Assembly (NCBI GenBank): GCA_036172245.1
Contig: JAYWIR010000022.1
Span: 2,356,001-2,420,000, forward strand
Reading direction: 5' to 3'
Length of the DNA: 64,000 bases
DNA from: Raillietiella orientalis
Lineage: Eukaryota
Under the pieces are notes generated by a model. The model had not been told where the DNA came from, did not search any database, and was given only the letters and a program-made list of their open reading frames with translations. Shown piece by piece: positions 39,301-51,827 of this stretch. Within the stretch, counting starts at the first letter, position 1, and the number at the start of each line of letters is the position of its first letter. The translations under genes were made by a program, and so were the position numbers.

Positions 39301-42300
39301 ACCTTTCAGGGAAGGCGAGTAGACCTGCCTCTCCCTCTCCTGGGGACGTACACTCGCAATAGGTTTCCGCCAGCCCTGAAGACCCGCGAAAAGGATCGGG
39401 GAGGAAAGGTCCCCGAGGATCGTCCACGTCCGACGCGAGAGAAAGCAGGCGGGCTTTTCCCGCTCCCGAGAGAGGGTCGAGGACTGCTCCTCCCCTAGCG
39501 GGCCGACGAGTCCCGGAAGCGGCGGGTGCGCTCCCTTCCCCCAGCGACTTCCAAGGGCGCGGGAAAGGCCGTTGTTTTTTGCCGAGGGCGCTTGACCGAC
39601 GGGGACCCCAAAAAGCCCGCCGGACAAAGGGGAGCCGCGATTTCTCCCAGCTTGACCGAGTACTCCGGCGAACGCGCCCCAGGGATCGCTCCCTGAATGC
39701 GGAGGGGCCGTGGTCATCCAGGGCGACCTCCCTTTTCCCACATTCGCGAGTTCCAGAGGGACAAAAGGAGGGGACGCCGCGGGGCGACCTTCGTCCAGCC
39801 GGGTCGCCCGGTTCGCACGCACCCGGCGAGGCGCAACGGGCAGGGGGAAAGAGGAGGGGGAGGGGAGCTGGAGGGGTCAGCCCAGGGGCCGGGAGTGCGC
39901 AAAGGCGGGAAAAGCGCGTGCGCCCTGGGCACGACCCGGACTCCCCGGGACAGCCCGGGGATCCGACGGTACTCGGAAGCTGCAATATGGCGGCCGCCGG
40001 CGAAGCAGGGCTCTTGGTCTTTTCCCGTGGTCCCTTGGTCACGACCAGCAAAGTCCGCGTGCACCTTGACCTCGCCCCTTCCTCACAGTCTGAAATTCGG
40101 ACTCGGCGCGGGCAAGGCCCTTCGGCGGCCCACGCCAGTGGCTGTCTGCGCGCGCAAGGGAGAGGGAGAAAGCGAAAGGTCCCTCGGTCAGTGTCCGGAG
40201 AGCGGGCGAACCCTCCGTCCTCAGGGTCGGAGTCTCCGCGAGCGGCGCCAAGATCCTTCGCGAGCGTTCGGGTTGCAAAGGAGACGCGGCCGCGGCCCCC
40301 TCGGAGGAGGAACGACAACCCTCGGCGGGTGCACGTTCACGCCTTGCGCTAACCCGAGGGGTCGGGGGATCCAAGGGCCCCAGAGACCTCTGCACCGCAC
40401 CCCCACACACGGCTGCGCCAGGAGGCAGCGAGCGTGGGCTCACGTGCGCACCCGGAAATGAGGGGGTGTGGGGAAAGGGAAAGGGAAGAAAAAAAAAAGG
40501 GTAAGGGTGAGTTATGGGGGAGTCCCTTGAGCTGACCAGCAGGTGTGTCACGGGCCATTGTGGGCACCCCTGATCCCGCGCGGGAGGAGCAGGCGGGGGG
40601 CGGAAGGGCGCGTTTGCCACGGTGCTACCTCCCGTCGGCCGATTCCCCAGTGGTGCCCGCGACCCTTCGAGGAGGGCAAGCGTGGTGAGGGGATCTTGTC
40701 GGGCACCAGGTCAGCACCCTATAGCGCCTGTTCCCCTTTCCCCATCTCTCCAGCCGGGGGGCTCCAGGGGACTCCCTGGAGCTCCTCGGAGAGCTCTCGC
40801 AGGAGCCAAAGGCTCTACGGAGGAGCAGTCACACGGACTCCTCCCGTGACGTCAGGGTCCTTTCTCACGGGGACGCCCGCGTCACAGAGGAATTTATGGC
40901 CCCCGCCTGACCGGCCCCGTCCTGCATTTCAAAGGGCGACCTCATTTCGCCCGTCAGCCGTTGGGGACCGCATAAGGACCGACCATCAAGCTGACCACGA
41001 AAGGTTCGGCTATACTGTCACCACGAAAACGTAGATCGCCTTCCGACCACTGAAAGACGACCACATTCTGACCACAGAGGCACTGACCCTGCTTGAGCCA
41101 CTCGGCGAAGTGATTACGCTCCGGTCAATCGCAGAACCACCACACTGGAAGCCCCAGGCGCTGCCTAGCAACGGCTCTGTGCGCTGCTCACTGAGCACGC
41201 AAAGCAGCTTGCCGCCTTCGGGGGGCACTCGGGATCGGGTTCTGCGCTCGGGTTACTCTGGGTCGTGCGCAGCGCTCGGGTGATGTGCTGGGCGTAGGGC
41301 ACGCAGGTCGTGTGCAGCGATCAGGGCACGCAAGTCGTGCGCAGTGTGTTGGGCGCAAGATCACTAGCCAGTGCCGGGAGAGCGGTGTTCTGTCGAGGGC
41401 CCACGCGTGCGCCAAGTAGGCGCGCAACCTCTCCGGAGAAAAGCGGCGATGGGCGGCCAGCGCGCACGCTCTCTGGAGCCGTGTCGCCCGCCGCCTAGAG
41501 GCTTCGGGTGGAGGCCCGGGGCAGAACCGCGAGCGTGGCCCGGGGCACCGAGCACCGGATGGGTCAGTCTCGAAGCTTCCTGCAGGACTGCCCCGTGTCC
41601 CGGAAGTGACCCTCCGGCCACGGTCGGGAAAAACCCGGGCGGGGAATCTGAGCCCCTTCCCGGGCAACGGGCCCCCATTGCCACGGAGGCGATCGGAGGT
41701 GGCGACGCTGCTTGGGCCTTTGTGTGCCAGAGACCGGAGCCTCCGGGCGCTCTGTGGGGGCGCCTACAAATGTCAGCGTCGGGAATTAGGGGAAGGATGA
41801 GGGGGGGGTGGAGAGGAAACGCTCTTCGCGAGACCCGGAAGAGAGAAAGGCTGCGGAGGGTTGTCCTCCTTTGCTCCCGTTCCCCTAAAGGGGTGACCGT
41901 GCTCCTTTCGCGAAGTGCCGAAAGCGCGTACGACCGGTGGGGGGCTCGGAGAATCGCTCGGGGGGAAGGAAGGGGATGGGGCCCGCCGCCATCTTGTCCA
42001 GACAAAGAGGGACGTCGGAAGAGAACGGGCACTTCTTCAGGACGAAGGGGGCGAAATCGCCCTGCACCCCCGCCTGCGGGCCTGCAGCTCCCCCGAGAAG
42101 GGGGAGAGCGGCTTCCCACTAGCGCGGAGCCAAGTCGGGGAAGGGGATGGGCGGGACGCGCCTGTCCCCTTCCTGTCCGGCGTTTGTTTCCGGAGGCGAG
42201 GACCGTGGGAGGAGGGACAGCGGCGATCCCGGCCGGCCCTTCATTCCCACGGGAGGCGCCGTGGGAAGGGGAGCATTCTGTCCAGGATGGGGTCGTCGCA

Positions 42301-45300
42301 GCCGCCTCCGGAGGGGCCGCCGGCGCTGCAGAGGAATAGGTGGCGCGCGCGCCGCCTCCACAGCTAATCCGCCCCCGCCGCTTCACACCCGGCCGCCCCG
42401 CGCGCCGGACCGCGTCTCCCGGATTATTCCCGGTCCCCAAAGTGACCAGCTAAACGAGCCCTCGTGTCACGGGAGATGGATCGGGGGCGCGGCGCGGGAA
42501 GGCTTTGTGTTCCTGCGGAGGTCTCTGCCGGGCCGCCCTTCCTGTCCTACGGAGAGGGTGGGGGGGGGAGGGAAGCCGCTGCCCCCATCGACGTGGGTCT
42601 TCGGGGGAGCCACGCTTTCCTCACGGAGGTGGTGGAAGGGCGCACTCGAGGGGCAGCGGGGGAGGGGAGGGAGGGAAGGAGAGAAAAAGGAAAGGATGAA
42701 AAGGAAAGAGGACGGACGGAGGAAGAGGAGAAAGGGAGGAGAAGGGAAAAGGGGAGATCGGATGCCGCCGCCGCAGCTGCAGGGCGGCGTGCGGGCGCGC
42801 CGCGCGTAAACAGCGCCGCCGCCTCTGCGGCATTCCTTTCGCCGTCCACGCTTCAAGTCCTCGGCTACGGGGGTCACCTGGCTGCCGTCGCGCCAGCAGG
42901 AGGGGTGGGCACGGTGGAGGATCAGAGGGATGAAGGGTGGTGTGCGAAATCCCGGTAGCCGCCGCCGTACGTCTGAGAAGGAGGCACAGGGCGCGATGGT
43001 GGTGAACCGAAGGTGCAGACGGGAGGCGATGGGCGCAGAGACAGATGGTAGCGTTCGCGGTTAATGCGCTGGGATGAGAGGGAAATGGCACGGTGATCGT
43101 TGGACCTTAGAGCGTCCGTCCTAAGCAGGACAAGGGAGGGCGCGCGCCCACTGCCGGTAGCGGGCGAGCTGGGGAGAGCGTCCGGTGCGTTGGGCTCGGC
43201 GGTTGCCCAGGGATCGCGCTCCGGAAGACGGGGAGCGGAAGGGGAGCGTCCCGCGCAAGCGATCAATCAGCGGTGCTGTGCTTCGCCCTCATCCGTATCC
43301 GGGAAAACGCGCGCGCGCGCCCCTGCTCCCCCACCCCTTCCATTCCCCGCCCATCCTCTGGCAACTTCCTCCTTCGCGTCCGAGAGCGGCACCGCTCGGA
43401 AACGCGCGCGCGACGCGTCCCGCGACGTCTACAGCGGGCTCGCGGGAAGGGCGCGAAGAAGCCGGCAGATGGGAAGTGGTGGCGCGCTCTCGCCTCTGGA
43501 CAGCAGCTCAACGGCGTATCCTCCGCTCCAGACAGGACACTTCCGTTGCAGCGGCATCGAGGCACGAGAGGCAGGGCATTGAGAGGGGCACGTGGGGAAC
43601 CGAGGACTCTATTCTCGCGGTCCCCGCCCTGAAGTCGTCCTAAATCCCGTCTGAAGAACAGGGAGGTACGGGCTCCAAATGGACTTCTGCCCTCCATCCT
43701 GGCACCCGTATCTGCCGAATTTCCATCGCCTTCTTCTCCCGTACGCACGTCCCAATTCCTCCCCCCTTCCCCTACATCGTTCCCCTCCCGAACCCCTTCC
43801 TGGCGTTCCACGGTTCCGCTCGCCAACCGGGGTGCTTGTGTCACTCTCCCGGTTCCCTTAGAGTCCCAGTGACCCCCTCATAGTGAAGAGGGAGAGAGGG
43901 ATGGGAAGGCAGGTAGGAATGGGGAGGGAACAGAAAGGAGTCGGTAGAAGAGTAGAAAGTCGGTAGGGGATAGGGGAGGGAACGGAATTAGTAAAGAGTA
44001 GGGAAGGGGGGGCGGTGATGGATGGCGACGGGGAGCAATGGGGAGCCCATCGGTCACGGCGGGTCAACCTTTGGCGGTTGTGGGAGGGAGGGTGAAAGCA
44101 GGAGGAGGGCGTCGGCGGGGTCGCCCGCGGGCGCCACCACCGCCGCCGCCCACGCCGGATTATCCGCTTTTTATGCTTTTTTCATCGCCGTTAACGACGT
44201 GCTCGGCCGGGCGGCCCCGAGGGGGCGCCCTTTGACGACGCACAAAGAGCGTGACCGTCGAGGAAGGGCCTGGCCTGACGCCGCGGCCGTGCGAGGACAA
44301 TGCGGGAGCGCGTGCGCACTCGGCGGCTCCCCCTCGTCCGGCAGGTGGCCAGCCTTTCCTCCGGGAAGGGGGCTGCCCGCTGGCGCTGGACCGGGGGCCC
44401 GCGAGGTGGAGCCCGTCTAGATAAGGGTCGTGACCGGCGGGGAGGGCGGACCCCACCAGGAGCCTCAGAAGTCGCGCGTCTTTTACGGACGTTACCATTC
44501 GAAAAGTGGAGGGCAGGTGCGCTGGCGCGCTCTCTCAGAGCCACCGCGCCGCCGCCCCCGCTTCAGAGGGGCTGCGAGCGTGCACGACCATGCCAGCGGA
44601 AAGAAAGAAGAAAAAGTAGTCGCCCCTCCTCCTAACCCTTTTTTTTTCTTCTCCCTCTCCCTTTTTTGTCTGCCGAGGTGGGGGTAAGGGTGGGGACCAC
44701 TCGGCCCTGCGAAAACACGTCCTCCCCCGCGCACCCCTTTTTTGCTGCTCTCCCGTCCCCCTCCTCTTCCGTCCGCATCCTGTCAGCCGGCAGTGACGAA
44801 GGGGTTGCGCCCCTTTGTCTCGTACGCGCCCGGACGCGAGCGCGTAAATAACGCAGGGGCGGTGGGGGCGCGGGCGAGGCCGAAAAACAGCCGTCCGCGG
44901 CGCGTTGGCACCTCGCCCTCATCCCTTCTCCCCGTCTCCCGGAGCCCTCCCTGCTTCACGAGAAGGGGGCAGGCCAGGAGCCGCGGACCCCACACTCCCT
45001 AGGTCTGAGTCAGACCCCTCCACTCAACCGTCGCCTTCTTCCGGTCGGCCTCCCGTACCTCGGGGGTTGGTCGCGGCCGGCACGCGCACATGAGGGGTGA
45101 GTTTTGGAGCCAGGCGGGTCGGAGGGGGGAGGAGCGTCCCCTTCCTGTTGCCGGCGCTGCTCGGAGCCCCTGCGAAGGGTTTCGTCGCCCGCGGGGAGAA
45201 GGCAGCGCGTGTGGCGTGGAAACGCTCGACCTTGAGAGAGGGAGGATACCCCGAAACGAGGTCGCCGACCTCTGCTCGCCCCCGGCCGCACTTCCACCCT

Positions 45301-47758
45301 CGTCCTTGCCGTAGGCGCTGTCCTGCCCGAGTGTCCCCGAGGGAAGTCGCCTCGTGTCGTGCCTGCTCCAGTGTCCCTTGAGAAGGACTGAAAGAAGCGC
45401 AAAGGAAAACGTGAAAGGGGAAGGGGGTGAGGAGAGGAGTGAGGGAGAGGGACTGAAGGAAAAAAAAACTCGTTCCGGACGACCGCTCGTTTCCACGGTG
45501 ACCGCTGCATTGTTCTTTAGAAGAATGCTTCCTGTGCCCTGCTCCGGGAGAGACGTCGTCCGCTTCCACCATTTGTTCCGGTGGGGAACAATGGCGGCGC
45601 CGACCGTTCTCCGAGGATCTCTCCCACCCCATGCATCTCGCTCCTCCGCCTCACTCCATCCTCTCCACCGCAAGCGCGCGCTTGCCACGGAAAGTCTCCT
45701 GCATGAGCTCCGAATGCCTTTTTTCGTATCCTTTTCCGGTAGGGTTAGAGCGGGAGGGTAGGATGTGGGAGGAGGCATTCATCCTTCTGCCTCTTCTGTC
45801 TCTCCCGCTGCGACTAAGGAGAACCATTCTTGCTGCACCTACGACAGGAAAGCGCCTCTGGCGACGGTTGTCCTAGCTTTGCCCCTGGTGCCAGCCATTC
45901 TCCAACCCCTTTCGACGATGGAGGGGAAAGGCGGCTTGAGTTCCCTCTGTCTGCACGTTATGGACACCCTGATGTTTCCTAGGCGTTCCCTAGGAAGCTC
46001 CCCATGCCCCATCGGACGTGGAGGCGATCCCTGCCCACATAAGAGAAGTGCCTCTAGAGGGAGAGAGATACAGTGGAAGGGTTTTCTTCGCACTCCCACT
46101 CCAAACCAAGTCTAGTGATGAGGCGAAAAGATGAGGCGACCACAAACTTTCGGGAAGGCAAGATGGCGGCCTCCGCCGCGGCTGCTGGAGTGCGACGCGA
46201 AAAAAAAAAAGGAAAAGGGAGATCCCAAGGGGTTGGGGTGAACGGTGGGGATAAGAGAGCGATGTGACGAGGCGCTGACTATCTATCCCCTTCTGTCCCT
46301 ATCGAGGCCGGGGTGTGCCTGGGGAGCTGCCTGTTCAGGCTGCGGCGATGGCACCAAGCAAGCAACCGAAGTCGCGCGGTATGTGCCCACGCACGGATAG
46401 TCATCGGCTTCTCTCGCTCTTCTGTCCCACTGCTTCTCCCTCCTACCACTTCTCCTGGGGTGCGAGAAATCCCCCAGGAAAAGAGGGGCGCCCATGGTCT
46501 CCCCGCGCCCACTTCGCAGACGCAGTCCAGCGCGAACTGCGCTGGACTCTTGGACGTCCCGAGGCGCCAAGAGATCCTGTCAGAAGCCAACCACGACTTT
46601 GCCGATTCCTTCCGCCGCTGGCGCTTGCGAGCACATCGGGTCCCTAGTCTAGGGAGGTCATGAAGGACAGTCTCGGGCGAGCGGGCCGCAGGCGGGGCCA
46701 CAATCCCGGATGGTGGGGAGGAGCGGTGCCGTCTCGGGCAACCATGTTTCCCCTGAAGTTCCATCTCCTCTCCGTTGCCACGGGAAACGCCGTTCTCTCC
46801 TGCTCCCAAGCGCGGACGTGAACTCGCCGTCGGAGTTCTGAGGTTGCTCGGGAAGGGAGAACGCGGGCGGCGAGTGAAGTGGGGGAGAGGAAGGGCGGGA
46901 ATGCACGTCCCCTGAAGACGACGCGCTTGGACACTCTGCGGAGGTGAGCTTCCGTCCACGCCCGCGCGCCCCTGGGACAAGGGCGGCGGCGGCGTCCCTC
47001 CCTGCAGAGACCGCTGCCCGTGGAACGGCAACGGAACTTCCCCTCCGACCAAGGGGTTTCCGGCAGGCCCACAGCCTACGCAGTCGACGGACCGAGATAG
47101 CGTAAGTCCTGCTGAGAGACGCCAACCGGCTTCCGCCTTCGGGCAGCGCCTCTCTTGACCGAGGACGAGCCAAGGACACACGGATCGCAACGGGTGGACA
47201 CTCTCGCCTGGAGAGGCGTTTCCTCTCCGGCGGCAGGATGCCCAGGGACCGGCTGGAGAGGGATGTGTGCTCGTCGAAGGCCCGAAACCCTCATGTGCCT
47301 ACGCCCTTGCACCTCCCCTGAAGAAACGCGAGCTGGGCGCTGGAGGATCCGTGCGCACGCGCGTCTCCCGTCCTACGGGATACGTTCGCTGCCGCCATCG
47401 CGCGCTCTCCACCTGTGCGTCCCGCCTTCTCCCCCGTCACGTGAGCCGCATCCCCAACCGGGAAGCGCAGGGAGCTCGTGCGCGCTCGAGCATCCTCCTC
47501 TCCATACGCCGCCGAGGGGAGAGGAGGAATGGAGGAAAAAAAAAAAAAAAAACAGGGAGAGAGTCGGAGGGGAAGCCGGGGAGAAAAAAGGGGAGGAAGA
47601 AGAAAGCAGCAGGGGAAGGGGGAAGAGAGAGAGGCAAAAAAGAGGCAAGGAGGAAGGGGGAAAAAGTGAAAGCGGGAGAGGGGAGGGAAAGGGAAGAGGC
47701 GGACGCAGGGGCTCCTGAAAGAGCGGCGGCCTCGCGCGCGACCGACGCGTTCCCTCTT

Positions 47759-47764
47759 TTTATT
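47759..47764 (-). terminator. Poly(A) signal of hunchback (3'UTR about 1.15 kb)
   Basis: tttatt on + = AATAAA on -; the first such hexamer seen downstream of the hb stop in GC-rich DNA. Confidence 0.6.
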
Positions 47765-48494
47765 GAGCGTTTTGTCGGGAGAGCGAGAGGGCTTCCAATG
47801 GGAATGCTCGCCGGCCTATCGATCGCCGGGAAGGGGGAGGGGAGGGGAATGGTGGGGAGGGAAAGCGTCGTCGTGCGCGCGCGCGCGCGAACGGCCGCCT
47901 GCCTGGGTATTGTGCGTGCCCCCGGCGCGCGCCGGGCACGCAGGGGACGCTCGCGTTCCATTAGTCATCCTCTGCTCCCCGCATCCCGTGGGGAAAGGGA
48001 AGGGAGGGAGGGGAGGAACAGGAAAGAAGGAAAAGGAGGCCTGTCCGCTCCCTCGAGAACGCATCGATCCGGACGGGACGCGCGCCTCTGCTCGAGGAGG
48101 CAGGGAGGGCGGAGGGAGGCTGGCGCGCGGGTGGCGGCAAGAGAAATGGGGGTCGGGGTAGGGCACGTTCTCTACCCTGTGACATCTTGAGGTGTAATGT
48201 AGGGCATCTGCAGTCCACCTGTAGCGAGGTGCGGTCCAAGCGGCCAAAGACGACTGCGACCCGGAAGGGAATTGGGCGCTCGCGAGCGTAGTGAGGGACG
48301 GGTGCTCGTCTGTGTCTGTCCGCTTCTCGTGAAGCCCCACCAGCGACGACTCGCCGTGTCACAGAGCGCGCGCAGCTTCCTTCCCCCTTCCTCTTGGCTC
48401 CCTCACTTTTTTTTTTTTTTCCTTTTTTCTTTTTTTTGATACAAGGAGAGGGAGGCGCCTCCTCTGACCTTCCGGGGTCAGTGGAGACGTCTAC

Positions 48495-48563
48495 ACGACG
48501 AAGACGACGAGACGATGACGACGACGACGACGACGGTGGCGAAGAGGAGGACGACGACGACGA
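48495..48563. repeat. Imperfect (GAC)n trinucleotide repeat in the hb 3'UTR
   Basis: acgacgaagacgacgagacgatgacgacgacgacgacgacgg...gacgacgacgacga. Confidence 0.75.
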
Positions 48564-48888
48564 TACACCAAGATACCCGTTTTGCGGTCCCAGGACGGAG
48601 GAGAGTCCCGGAGAAGAGCTTCTGAGGCACGCTGGGCATCCCCTCCTGTAGCGTGCGCGTGCGCGCGAGCGCCTGTAGGGCGGGGAACGTGGAGGAGAGT
48701 GGGCCGGCGGGATTGGAGGGGTATGTCCTCGGGAGGGAATCGGCCGGTCACGTCGCGTCCCTGCGTCCCCCCTTCCTTCCACCGCCCGCGGCAAAACTGA
48801 CTAGGCGAGGGCGCGGTGCTCCCTGAGAATCGTGTCGGGAGGTGGAAGGAAGGGAAGGCGGGGCGAGGCAGCGCCGTCGTCATCACAG

Positions 48889-51258
48889 CTAGGAGTGGGA
48901 AGATCGGGCGATGTGCAGGAAGAAGGACACCTTGTCCTGGGTCTGCTGGCCGCACATGTTGCACGTGAACGGGTTCTGGTAGCCGTGGTAGCCCATGTGC
49001 ATGGTGTACATGACCACGTCGCGGAACGTCATGTCGCAGTACGTGCACGCGTGCGGCTGCTGCTGATGCTGCTGCGGTTGCCGTGTGTCAGGAGACACCT
49101 TGCCTCCCGGGATCACCGTCTCCGCAAGCGGTGGCGGACGGTCCTCCTCGCCGTCCTCGTGCGACGAGGGCGACTGACAGTCTTCGTCGGAGCGTGGCAG
49201 GCGCTCCAGCTTGAAGGCCTTCCCCTTCCGCCTGTGAGACTTGGCGCCTCTGTCGCCGATCGCTGCAGAAGAGTCCCGCTGGCCTGCCGGAAAGTCTGCT
49301 CCGACTCCGCTGCTGCCGTTGTTGGTGGTGGTGGCGGTGATGTTGCCGCCATTCTGCTGCTGCTGGGGGAAGGGCAGGTGGTGGAAGCGACGATGGTTCT
49401 CGGAGCGCGCTTCGCTGCTGAGGTCCAAGGGAGCCACCAGCCCATTGGCAGGGGCAGGAACGACACGCTTGTCCGTGCCCTCTCCGAGGGGCCGGTCCGG
49501 GTTCGTCCTGGAGTCCCTCGCGATAACGGGACGGAACAGGAACGGGGAGGACCCGGCGGGGAAGCACTCCCGGAAGAAGAACTGGTGTCCGTTGGCTGGC
49601 TGGGGGAGGAGGTGGCGCTGGAGGTAGTGATGGTGGTTGCGGGGAGGGGGCTGATGGTGGAGCGGGTACGGGGCTGCGTCTTTCGATATCCTAGGCAAAG
49701 ACGGGAGGCCTGGCTCGAGGTGCTCCGGAGAGATGCCGAAGAGGGCGGCGATGTCCTTGTTTTCGGAGGCCGCGTGCAACAGTACATGCCTGGAGAAGAC
49801 GTCGCGATCGCCGGTGGAAAAGTGGCACATGCTGCACTTGAGGTGGCCCTTAGGCAGGGGCACGGTGACCTGGGGTCGTGGACCCGCCTTGCCGAGCACG
49901 ACAACTCCGTCCACGACGTCCTCATCCTCTTCCTCTTCGTCTTCCTCGTGCAGCTGCAGATGGTGGTGGTGGTGGTGGTGGTGGAGGTGGTTGAGCAGTG
50001 ACGGTGGCTGGTTCTGCGTCGGTGGCTGCTTGCCGCTACCGCCGCCAGGGATGAGGTGTGTCCCCCGGCAGTCGTGCTGCTGCTGCTGCTGCTCCGCGGT
50101 CGGGGTGGCGGCCTTCAGCTTAGGCCCCCTCCGCGTACCGTAGACGTCGATCACGGGAAACGGGCTGGGGGAGCCGTCGGCGTTCAGGACGGCGGCGGGC
50201 GCATGTCCATATTTGCGGAGGTGCAGCTTCAGGCTGTGGCAGTATTTGGTGGCGTAGCTGCAGTTGGCGCAGCGGTACTGATACACGCTTGAATGGGACT
50301 TCATGTGCGAGTTGAGCATGGACTTGTTGACGCAGGAGTAGGCACAACGCGCGCAGCGAAAAGGCTTGGAGCCAAAGTGGTTGCGCAGGTGGTATTCCAG
50401 GTGGTGCTTGTACTCGGTGACGAAGGGGCACCGGGAGCAGGTCAGCAGCTTCTCTGCGCGGATGTGCACCCTCGAGTGCTCCCAGAAGTCCAGCTTGGTG
50501 ATGGCCAGGTAGCGGCACTGCTTGCACCGGTAGACCTTGACCTTCCCCTGAGAGTTGACCTTCGGTGTGCGGATGTCCTCGTCCTCCTCGTCGGCAGCGT
50601 CCACGGCCGCCGCGGCTTCGGCGGCAGCGGCGCCATGGGCCTGCCTCATGTGCGTCCGGAAGGCCTCCGCCCCGGGAGCCTCGTACTCGCAGCGCAGGCA
50701 CTTGAAGGTGCAGCGTGTGTGCGTGGACAGGTGCTGCGCGAAGAGCTGTCGCGACGTGGAGGCGTGCGCGCACACGGGACACCGGAAGCAGACTGGACCT
50801 GCGGTAAGCGGCGGAGCGGACTCCTCGTCGCACTCCAGAGAGTCCGTCTCGGGGTCGCTGCCACAGGACAGGCCGCCAGCGGATGACCCCGCCCCTTGGG
50901 CTCCGGGGTCGACCGCCTTGGGGGATTCTTCGATGGAAGTTGCAGAGTCTACGGGAAGGTCTGGGGACACCTGGGGCAACTCCGGGAATTGCTGCTGCTG
51001 TGGCGCTGCCTGTTGGTGCTGCGGTGGCGGCGTCGGAGACTGCTTAGAGTCGCCGTTGCTCCGGAGCAGCGTCGCCCCAGGGGCGTCGCACGCGCCAAAG
51101 AAGCCTTTCAACGGGCTGTCACGTACGGGGAAGAGGCCCGTGCCCACGGCGTCCTCCTCCATCGGCGGAAAGCTTCCCTCTTGGTCGAGATTGCTGGAGG
51201 GACCCCGGAGGTCCACCCGCGCGGGTGGGTCGCTGTCGTTCACGGGCTTGGAGCACAT
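48889..51258 (-). CDS. hb: Hunchback C2H2 zinc-finger transcription factor (about 789 aa from first in-frame ATG; may extend 5' via an upstream exon)
   Basis: One long exon after acceptor ttgcag|51285. Diagnostic [84 protein letters not shown]-box [17 protein letters not shown], basic box RRKGKAFKL, and C-terminal finger pair [43 protein letters not shown]. Confidence 0.97.
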   Translation of the reverse strand: MCSKPVNDSDPPARVDLRGPSSNLDQEGSFPPMEEDAVGTGLFPVRDSPLKGFFGACDAPGATLLRSNGDSKQSPTPPPQHQQAAPQQQQFPELPQVSPDLPVDSATSIEESPKAVDPGAQGAGSSAGGLSCGSDPETDSLECDEESAPPLTAGPVCFRCPVCAHASTSRQLFAQHLSTHTRCTFKCLRCEYEAPGAEAFRTHMRQAHGAAAAEAAAAVDAADEEDEDIRTPKVNSQGKVKVYRCKQCRYLAITKLDFWEHSRVHIRAEKLLTCSRCPFVTEYKHHLEYHLRNHFGSKPFRCARCAYSCVNKSMLNSHMKSHSSVYQYRCANCSYATKYCHSLKLHLRKYGHAPAAVLNADGSPSPFPVIDVYGTRRGPKLKAATPTAEQQQQQHDCRGTHLIPGGGSGKQPPTQNQPPSLLNHLHHHHHHHHLQLHEEDEEEEDEDVVDGVVVLGKAGPRPQVTVPLPKGHLKCSMCHFSTGDRDVFSRHVLLHAASENKDIAALFGISPEHLEPGLPSLPRISKDAAPYPLHHQPPPRNHHHYLQRHLLPQPANGHQFFFRECFPAGSSPFLFRPVIARDSRTNPDRPLGEGTDKRVVPAPANGLVAPLDLSSEARSENHRRFHHLPFPQQQQNGGNITATTTNNGSSGVGADFPAGQRDSSAAIGDRGAKSHRRKGKAFKLERLPRSDEDCQSPSSHEDGEEDRPPPLAETVIPGGKVSPDTRQPQQHQQQPHACTYCDMTFRDVVMYTMHMGYHGYQNPFTCNMCGQQTQDKVSFFLHIARSSHS

Positions 51259-51827
51259 GCTGCTGCCATCGGGGGCGGCGGAGACCTGCAAGGAGGTAGC
51301 ACATACAGAAGGGCGTAGCGACTCGACCAGAGAGGCGTCTCCTTCGCCCTTGCAACTCCGAAAGTAGAAAGTGATGGAAAAGATGGCGGAAGGAGAGAGA
51401 TAGGGGGGGGGGGAGGAGGAGGCCGGCAGAGACAAGAGCGCCGCGTGACCTCACTGCCGAGACGGCGCATCGAACCGAGACGTAAGCAGCCTCAGGGGGC
51501 AGAAGTCCCTGCACTGAAGGTAGCTGCGAGAACTCGAGATGAACTTGGCGGCGAACCAGCACACAGCGCGCGGAGAAAAACCACCGATGGGAAAGGAGAG
51601 GACAATAGGAAGGAATGGGGGGAATTAGGGAGGATTCCATTCTTCCGGGGCTCTCTTTCTTCGGGAGCATCCTCTGCGGTCGCCACGCTCCGGAGCAGGC
51701 GAGCGAAGAGAAGATGGAAGGAAGGAAGTTTTCTCAGCATGCACCCTCGTGGGAGCCCGCGCCAAACAAGAACAGGGTCGCAGGGGCGGTGCGTGCGTTC
51801 GCGGGCGAACACAGCTGCGCAGAAGGC

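Noticed and set aside
51286..51435. N-terminal extension of the 848-aa hb ORF
   Set aside because: Starts at a non-ATG codon and runs through a pyrimidine-rich stretch ending in ttgcag; more likely intron
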